Assembly: GCA_951406725.2 (NCBI GenBank) | Contig: OX597827.1 | Span: 60,202,001-60,266,000 of the forward strand | Length of the DNA stretch: 64,000 nucleotides | Direction: 5' to 3' | DNA from: Octopus vulgaris | Taxonomy: Eukaryota | Part shown: positions 56,415 to 64,000 of the stretch, one piece after another | Numbering within the stretch: position 1 is the first letter of the stretch | How the letters are laid out: each line of letters starts with the position of its first letter | Made by a program: the position numbers and the translations under genes | Notes under the pieces: model-generated | What the model was told of the DNA's origin: nothing | Database searches by the model: none | The model's input: only the letters and a program-made list of their open reading frames with translations

Positions 56415-56903
56415 TAGTCATAAAATACAGTGTACATTTAAACACATAAGGAATCCACTTGTAGGATTCAACACGCTAGAAAGAACAGCTAGGTTCCATA
56501 ACCACTAGGTTGCCTTTGATATGATTAATTTTCGGTTTTTAAAAGTTGGTATTTTTTTGCCGGCGAAGGGCTGCGGCTGCGGCTGCGCAGTAGATTTTGA
56601 AAAAATTAGGATCTATAAACAAGAGGCAAAAAGTTTGATCGCCTCGTGTTTATATACTTAACCCAAGGTGTTCTTGCTGAGAACGATTTCACCTAGCGAG
56701 TATATGATAATTTACTTTCTAAACCAAAATCAGAAACCAATTGGTCCAGGAAACTTGATGGTAAAATGTTTTTATTTTTCCTTTCGTTCCTTTTTGGATT
56801 TTATCCCTAATTTTGTGGTTTTGGAACCTAGCTGTTCTTTCTAGTGTGTTGAATCCCACAAGTGGATTCCGCATGTGTATAAATGTACACTGTATTTTAT
56901 GAC

Positions 56904-56905
<2 letters not shown>
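56415..56905. mobile_element. MITE with ~90-bp terminal inverted repeats
   Basis: tagtcataaaatacagtgtacattt..ctaggttccataaccac (56415-56504) vs 56815-56905. Confidence 0.85.
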
Positions 56906-56944
<39 letters not shown>

Positions 56945-57407
56945 AGGTTTTTCTCCCTCTCTCCATGTTGTTGTTGTTAAAGCTGTCGTAATTACTGATA
57001 TTGTTGCTGTTCTTGATATTGTTCTTGTTGCTACTGCTGCTGCTGCTGTTGTTGTTGCTGTTCTTACTTTTGTTTGTATTATTTGATTTTTATTTTCCTT
57101 ATCATTATTAAAGCTGTATTTGTTTCTTATTGTTATTATTGTTTGTTATTGTTCTTACTATTGCTATTGCTATTGTTGTTATTGTTTATTATTTCTGTCG
57201 TTCTCACTGTTCTTTCTATTGTTGTCGTTAATGTTGTAGTCATCATTATTATTGTTGTTGTTGCTGCTGCTGCCGCTGCTACTGCTACTGCTGCTACTAT
57301 TGTTGCTGTGATTCCCTTTGTTTAAATTTGTAGTTTTTATTATTATTATATTTGTTGTTGTTACCGTTGTTAAGGCTGTTTATGTCGTATTATAGAAAGT
57401 ATCATCC

Positions 57408-57448
<41 letters not shown>

Positions 57449-57566
57449 GGTGGTGGTGGTGGTGGTGGTGGTGGTGGTGGTGGTGATGGTAGTAGTAGTA
57501 GTAGTAGTGGTGGTGGTGGTGGTGGTGGTGGTGATGGTGGTGGTGGTGGTGGTGGTGGTGGTAGTG

Positions 57567-57639
<73 letters not shown>

Positions 57640-57666
57640 CAGCAGCAGCAGTTTGTTGTTGTTGTT
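57408..57666. repeat. (TAG)n(TGG)n compound microsatellite
   Basis: Direct reading. Confidence 0.95.
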
Positions 57667-57769
57667 ATCATTGTTGTTCTTTGGGGTCTGTTTACATGTT
57701 TCCCTGGTCCGTTGCGCTGGTATTTCCGCAAATGTTTCCTCTCATGGGAGAGTGTCCTTTCACTGACGA

Positions 57770-57784
57770 CAACTAGGTGGCGCT
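57770..57784 (+). promoter_or_regulatory. CTCF-like motif
   Basis: caactaggtggcgct vs consensus CCACTAGRKGGCGCT (one mismatch) in a non-repetitive island. Confidence 0.35.
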
Positions 57785-57945
57785 TTAATTGCCCAATTTG
57801 CTCTTTTCGCCATACATTTTGTCACTACAATGCTACTTCTCTTTTAACCCTCACCTCTCCTCCACTTCTCAATCAAAAAACTTTCTATCTCCAGCTCTAC
57901 CCCGCATCACATTCCACTCCCTCTCGCTCTCTCACTAAATCCATT

Positions 57946-58012
<67 letters not shown>

Positions 58013-58165
58013 ATCTCTCTCTATCTATCTCACTCTATGTATCTATCTCTGTCTATCTATATGTCTATCTATCTACCTATTCATCTATCCAAATATCTTA
58101 CTCTCTCTCTCTCTCTTTCATTTTCTCTCTCTTCGTCTGGATATATATATAATACATATACATAC

Positions 58166-58207
<42 letters not shown>

Positions 58208-58208
58208 T

Positions 58209-58283
<75 letters not shown>

Positions 58284-58296
58284 TAATTAATTAATA

Positions 58297-58550
58297 GTTA
58301 GGGAATGTAATAATTCCAAGCTAACAGGGAAAAAATTCAATTTAGCACACTAAATCAAAATTCACAATATATTATATATATATATATATATATAGAATTT
58401 AGAGACAAACCACTATTTAGTTCGATTTTTTGATTTGTTATGAGATTTTTAGAATAATAATTATATTTAATTAATTTCTATGTGGTTATTATAGATATCT
58501 TTTCACTCTTGATGGAATAACTAAATAGCGGTTTGTCTCTAAATTCTATA
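58297..58550. mobile_element. Inverted-repeat remnant related to the 20.4-kb Penelope-like family
   Basis: tagggaat..acagggaaaaaat..tagagacaaaccactattt as at 20364-20467; IR 58391-58422 / 58519-58550. Confidence 0.55.
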
Positions 58551-58579
58551 TATATCGTCAAATTTATCCCGGACTCCAG

Positions 58580-58611
<32 letters not shown>

Positions 58612-58613
58612 CA

Positions 58614-59256
58614 TACTAGGTGGCCGGGATAAATTTGACGGCTTTCAATGTCTTCTTTTTTAGAAACAGCTTGATGTATTAATGAACAGTCAAACGACGT
58701 TGGAGAGAATAAAGATTGAAGTTGTAAGTATAGAAAAAGTTTGTTAACATGGAGGACTGGAAACCATTTAAATACTGGGAAAGAGTTACCTGTGTCATGA
58801 TGATTCATGTCGGCTGTCAAAATGCTGACATCATGACTGCTGGTCAATATTCTATGAAGTATAAAGGCTGTAAGACGTGACTTGTCATCGTGAAAACCAA
58901 GTTATCCAAACTGTGATGGGCTTTGGGCGTGTCTTTAGTGAGGACGACGTCATACCACTCTATAACTTTGAACAGGGGCTTAGGCTAAATTTAGACTGTT
59001 ATATGAAGCTGCTGGAGCCTGTGGTCAGACAAACCCTGGCTGGAGAGGGTTGCTGCTGGGATGTCCCATCTGTAACAGCAGGATTTGGATCCTTATCATA
59101 CCGCCGGAAAAAGTTGAAAGTGGTTGTCGGAGAATTTCTACTTCCCCAGCCCCAATTTCTAGTCATCTACTTCCCCAAGTTGTAATGTCATGTGCCACTA
59201 ATACGTAGGGAGCGGTTGAAGAAGGCAACAACTGCTCTGCCAGCAACATCAAGGCC
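58614..59256 (+). mobile_element. Decayed maT-like transposon (5' TIR plus catalytic-domain remnant)
   Basis: TIR tactaggtggccgggataaatttgacg; QTVMGFGRVFSEDDVIPLYNFEQGLRLNLDCYMKLLEPVV..KPWLERVAAG homologous to the 51-kb element. Confidence 0.75.
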
Positions 59257-59441
59257 GGAGGCGCAATGACCCAGTGGTTAGGGCAGCGGACTTGCGGTCG
59301 TAAGAGCGCGGTTTCGATTCCCAGACCGGATTTTGTGTGTGTTTATTGAGCAAAAACACCTAAGCTCCACGAGGATCCGGCAGGTGTGGTGGTGAACCCC
59401 GCTCTACTCTTTCACCACAACTTTCTCTCACTCTTTCTTCC
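59257..59441 (+). mobile_element. SINE family C 5' part
   Basis: ggaggcgcaatgacccagtggttagggcagcggac. Confidence 0.88.
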
Positions 59442-59718
59442 TACTTCTACCAAAAAGCAGAGGAACCATGGTGTAACCCACTATGGTGTGGTAAACTATC
59501 AGACCCTAGTCTAGATTGCGAATCCTCTGTACCCCAGGATGGTTCAGCTCTCCATCCGCTAAAAGCCACCGTTTACGGAATGAGGATAACAACATAGCTT
59601 TCGCGCCAAATGTAACCGCCATTCTATCGCGTGTGGTGAGTGGATCTTCAAGTTGCCACACGCATTCTTAGTAGCTTAGAGTAGGCTCGAATTAGAGATT
59701 ATTCCTTGTGGCTTCTTG

Positions 59719-59803
59719 GAAGAAGAAGAAGAAGAAGAAGAAGAAGAAGAAGAAGAAGAAGAAGAAGAAGAAGAAGAAGAAGAAGAAGAAGAAGAAGAAG
59801 AAG

Positions 59804-59833
<30 letters not shown>
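59719..59833. repeat. (GAA)n microsatellite
   Basis: Direct reading. Confidence 0.97.
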
Positions 59834-59834
<1 letters not shown>

Positions 59835-59874
59835 TATGCAACCGTTAGTATACTAGAAAGTATATTGCACGTTT

Positions 59875-60280
59875 TTATAAGTCAATACCATGTTTCAATG
59901 TTGACAAAGTTTCAATGTTGACAAAGTTTCAATGTTGACAAAAAATTAAAAATTCATCTGATCCCAAAACATACCACTACAAGTGAAAGGGTCTATTAGA
60001 AGGAGATCAGAGAAATTGTAAACCAAATTCCTTTTTTTTTTTTACTGTTTTCATTTCACACTTGTTTTTTTCAGCATGACTTGTCGACCACCACTAAAAT
60101 TAATGAACTTTGTACATTCAAACAAATTGATATACAGTTTTAATTTTATTGACTGGTATGAACAGGAAAACTTACACCTGTTTTGAACATGTTAATTTAT
60201 CAATATTGAAACATTTTTTAATTTGTCAATATTGAAACTTTTAAAAAAATATTGTTGAAACTACTTTGGTATATATGTAA
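59875..60280. mobile_element. Fold-back-like MITE with 17-bp subterminal repeats
   Basis: (gtttcaatgttgacaaa)x3 at 59892-59942; inverted ttt(a/g)tcaatattgaaac copies at about 60195-60260. Confidence 0.55.
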
Positions 60281-60344
60281 ATAAATGTATTTTAAACATT
60301 TACGAGATCTTGAAATTTAGGTGCATTTCCAACAACACATTTTC

Positions 60345-60423
<79 letters not shown>

Positions 60424-60424
<1 letters not shown>

Positions 60425-60556
60425 TTTTCTACGCTCGGCACAAGGTCCGAAATTTTTGGGAGGGTGCCAGTCGACAAGATCGACCCCAGGACGTAACTGG
60501 TATTCAATGTATCGATCCCAAAAGGATGAAAGGCAAATTCGATCTCGGCGGAATTT

Positions 60557-60558
<2 letters not shown>
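60424..60558 (-). mobile_element. SINE family A 3' part (second tail type) in (TA)n
   Basis: aaaggatgaaaggcaaattcgatctcggcggaatttga. Confidence 0.8.
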
Positions 60559-60582
<24 letters not shown>

Positions 60583-60588
<6 letters not shown>

Positions 60589-61823
60589 TACGTTGATAAA
60601 TACACATATAAAATGGCTTTGTTTCAATGATCTTTTCAACTAACGGTTTTTTTCAATAACCAGCTACATAAATTACGATTTAAAATCATTTTATTATAAA
60701 AGTCGAAGAAAACCTTAAATCAAAAATTAGCTTTAGTAGAAGGGGAAAAAACTGTGTACCCAGGGTAAATTAATTAATGGTAAGAATATATTTAAATAAA
60801 TTTAAAAGAAATGTCCCTTTAAAATAAAACCATTTTAAGATTAAGACATTTTTATTTTATTATTTAAAACAAAGTGGAGGCACATGGCATAGTGGTTAGA
60901 GCAGGGGACTCGCGGTCGATGGATCGCGGGTTCGAATCTCACACCGGGCTATGTGTGTTTTATGAGCGAAACACCTAAACTCCATGCAGCTCCGGCAGAA
61001 GGTAAAGGCGAAATTCTGCTGACTCTTTCGCCACAACCTCCTCTTACTCTTTTCTGCTGCATCTTGCAGCTCACCTGCAATGGACCGGCGTGCCGTCCAG
61101 GTGGAGAACCTCTATACGCCAAGGAAACCGGCCCTTATGAGCCAGGCATGGCTTGGGAAGGAACAAACATTTAAAATAATAACGTTTTTATTTTATTTTA
61201 AACGGTTATATTTATTAATAAATCTCCGAACGAGATATAAACAGTAACCGCTCGACAACGTAAAGTGTGCTAGCCATCTGAATGTGGCTAGCCATCTGAA
61301 TGTGGCTAGCCAATGGGGGTGGGATGTTACTGAAGCTTTTAGCCCCAGGAGATCAACGTCTCCAGCTGACCTTAGACACAATTTCAGTGCCCTTATGTTA
61401 TTTGCAAAGGGAGGTCATCCTCCCTCGAAAACCTAAGTGATACATACGGACTAGGTTTTCGAGGGAGGATGACCTCCCTTTGCAAATAACACAAGGGCAC
61501 TGAAATTGTGTCTAAGGCCAGCTGGAGACGTTGATCTCCTGGGGCTAAAAGCTTCAGTAACACCCCACCCCCAGTGGCTAGCCACATTCAGATGGCGAGC
61601 ACACTTTACGTGGTTATATTTATTTTTACCATTAATTAATTTACCCTGAGTATACAGGGGTTTTTGTTCCTTCTACTAAAGCTAATTTTTGATTTAAGGT
61701 TTTCTTGGATTTTTATTATATGCTTTTAAATTGTAATTGTAATTTCACACAACCGGTTATTGTGTTGAAAGGATCAATGAAACAAAACCATTTTCAAATG
61801 TGTATCTATCAGCGTAATTGTAA
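60583..61823. repeat. Large imperfect fold-back (outer arms 60583-60790 / 61616-61823; inner arms 61258-61435 / 61452-61611)
   Basis: Direct reverse-complement comparison. Confidence 0.85.
60874..61170 (+). mobile_element. SINE family C/D-type variant inserted in the left arm of the fold-back
   Basis: ggaggcacatggcatagtggttagagcag..gggttcgaatc head; D-like 3' part atggaccggcgtgccgtccaggtgg. Confidence 0.8.
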
Positions 61824-61861
61824 ATTTATGCATATATCCATATTTTGTTCCATTCTCAACC

Positions 61862-61907
61862 AAAACTGTCTGACGAACGGGAACGTGAAACTCTGTGTAA
61901 CAGTTTT
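61862..61907 (+). ncRNA. Intact-looking type I hammerhead motif within Penelope-like repeat (about 61840-62001)
   Basis: AAAACUGU-CUGACGA-ACG(ggaa)CGU-GAAAC(ucugu)GUA-ACAGUUUU. Confidence 0.78.
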
Positions 61908-62074
61908 TGTGATGTCTTTGCAGCTTTATTAATAAAGCATATTACTCTACCTCTGGTATTCGAGTACTATTTTTTACCACCTTGTTTCACATTTATGTTT
62001 ATAGTGATCAAATGTTCGTGGCGCGCATTAGCTCCCTGCCTCCATCAAATCGACTTTACCTGAACAGGTGCACA

Positions 62075-62358
62075 ATGTACCACGCGTCAGGTGTCGAAGT
62101 GATCGCAGAGCAACGTGAAATGAAGTGTTTTGGTCGAGAACGCAACGCACCACCCAGACTTGGAATTGAAACCACGATTGCTAGTGCAACACCCTAACGA
62201 CTAGGCCATGTGTGGTAAGTAGCTTGCTTACCAATCACATGGTTCCGGGTTCAGTCCCACTGCGTGGCACCTTAGGCAAGTGTCTTCTACTATAGCCTCG
62301 GGCCGACCAAAGCCTTGTGAGTGGATTTCGTAGACGGAAACTGAAAGAAGCCCATCGT
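62075..62358. mobile_element. Head-to-head SINE D (minus, 62075-62210) and SINE B 5' half (plus, 62208-62358)
   Basis: Matches to both families. Confidence 0.75.
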
Positions 62359-62469
62359 TTATATGTATGTGTGTGTGTTTGCGTGTGTGTGTATGTGTTT
62401 GTGTGTGTGTGTGTGTGTTATTACACCCATTTTCTTCTCATATCTATCTATCTCTCTATATATATATAT

Positions 62470-62711
62470 ATTGGGTTGGCGCATAATTATTGCCGCTTTT
62501 GTTTCAACAAATTTTATTCAACAAAAATAATAACTAAATGTAACAAAAACATCTTTAAATGATTATTCCGGAGCATATTCACCATCTACTTCAATTTGCT
62601 TGGCGGGCGGTCAGACCGTCATTTAAAGATGTTTTTGTTAAATATTGTTATTGTTTTTGTTGAATGAAATTTGTTGAAGAAAAATAGCCGCAATAATCAT
62701 GCACCAACCGA
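62470..62711. mobile_element. Mariner-derived MITE with ~93-bp inverted arms
   Basis: TIR ttgggttggcgcataattattgccgc resembles Hsmar1/Made1-type TIR; arms 62470-62562 / 62619-62711. Confidence 0.8.
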
Positions 62712-63066
62712 AACGCGGAGTAGATGAAAAAGGGACAACTGATGAAGGGGAATATTCTTTCTGTTGCATGTCTCGTTTCTCTATTTGTTTTCTTTTTTTC
62801 GTTTTCTATGTTTTCATTTTTATGTTTTCGTTTCTCATTGTGTTCAACGTTCTTTATGTCCTGTACCCATATATGCATGTGACCAGCAATTTTTTTTCCT
62901 CTGTCTTCCCTTCTCGGGATCTTTCCTTCTCCTTTGTTTCCGACGAAGAGCTCCGCTCGAAACGTTAAACCCTCCCTCCCTTCTTTCCTGAGCGTCCAAT
63001 AATACTTTATTTGTTCCACGTCCTCGCGTTGCTGTTTTTTTGTGTTTTTTGTTTGGATTAACTTTA
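62708..63066 (+). mobile_element. Penelope-like terminal-repeat element with two hammerhead-related motifs
   Basis: cc-GAAAC..ggacaa-CTGATGA-agg at 62708-62750 and type I motif at 62936-62970; 3' part related to the 31.3/38.6-kb family. Confidence 0.7.
62936..62970 (+). ncRNA. Minimal type I hammerhead motif with CCGACGA core
   Basis: GUUU-CCGACGA-A-GAGC(ucc)GCUC-GAAACGUU-AAAC. Confidence 0.7.
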
Positions 63067-63197
63067 TGCATGTATATATACATATATATGTAGGTATGTA
63101 CATATATGTATGTATATATGCATATATTTATATATTATTCATATTATTATATGATCGAACGCCACGCATCCCTTTCCAAGTAAGTTTCATATATATG

Positions 63198-63291
<94 letters not shown>

Positions 63292-63348
63292 TGTATCTTT
63301 GTATATGTATATGTATCATGTATATATATACATGTGTATATATGTATG

Positions 63349-63436
<88 letters not shown>

Positions 63437-63643
63437 GATGGGGTGTGACGCTGATCGCTTGTTCGATCTAACACCATGATTTGACACATTCGAGTGCTCT
63501 CGTTCGACTTGTTGACACCTTAGTTACTGTCCTGGGTCACCACTAAATGTAAACTGAACCGCAGAAAGACTGTAACGTGACACAAGCGAAGTCTTAACCT
63601 TTAGTACACCTACAGTTTATAAGGTTTCCTTGTTTCTGCGGCG

Positions 63644-63650
63644 ACTGCTG

Positions 63651-63690
<40 letters not shown>

Positions 63691-64000
63691 AGCTGCTGCT
63701 GTTGTTGTTGTTGTTGTTCTTGTACTTGTTGTTCTTGTTGTTGTTGCGGTGGTGATAATTGTGGTGGTCGATAATTGTGGTGGTCGTGACTGCTATGATG
63801 ATGATGATGGGTGATGGTGATGATGGTGGTGGAGATAACAGTGGCGGTGCTGAGGCCTTGCTGATGTTTGTTGGTGTGGTTGTCGTCGTTGTTGTTGATG
63901 GTGGTGGTGGTGGTGGTGGTGGTGGTGGTGGAGGTGCTGCTGCTGCTGCTGCTACTAATGGTGATGGTGGTGGTGCTGGTGATGTTTGGAAGTTGTGATG
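63644..64000. repeat. (TGC)n, (TTG)n, (GGT)n trinucleotide repeats
   Basis: Direct reading. Confidence 0.92.

Noticed and set aside
59892-59942. CRISPR-like direct repeats
   Set aside because: Head-to-tail 17-bp units with no spacers, eukaryotic context, no cas genes
61485-61560. Hammerhead within the 61-kb fold-back (ctgaaattg..ctggaga)
   Set aside because: No CUGANGA core or NUH with consistent stems in either arm
63435-63582. Solo LTR (TG...CA)
   Set aside because: No target-site duplication, second copy, PBS or PPT visible

Overview
Eukaryotic, repeat-saturated, apparently non-genic DNA, most likely from an octopod cephalopod (Octopus sp.; inferred from the tRNA-derived SINE families and extreme TA/GATA/CATA/AAT/GGT microsatellite load). 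No host protein-coding gene is supported and almost all ORFs in the track are translated microsatellites. The real coding remnants are transposon-derived: R4/Dong-like RLE LINE 3' ends, RTE 3' ends, a CR1/L2-like fragment, four copies of a Tx1/L1-clade LINE 3' end in (GATA)n, and mariner/maT/rosa-type transposase fragments. There are also MITEs and about 35 SINE pieces in four families (informal labels A-D). The main signal is at the RNA level. Several short Penelope-like terminal-repeat elements carry hammerhead ribozyme motifs. Two diverged elements (8528-8600 +, 35802-35871 -) and probably a truncated third (62708-62750) have the three hammerhead strands in a non-circularly permuted, pseudoknotted order with covarying stem I. 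Also notable are a SINE whose 3' tail matches the Tx1-like LINE tail, self-nested SINEs, and several fold-back palindromes. All calls come from manual reading; coordinates of degenerate repeats are approximate.
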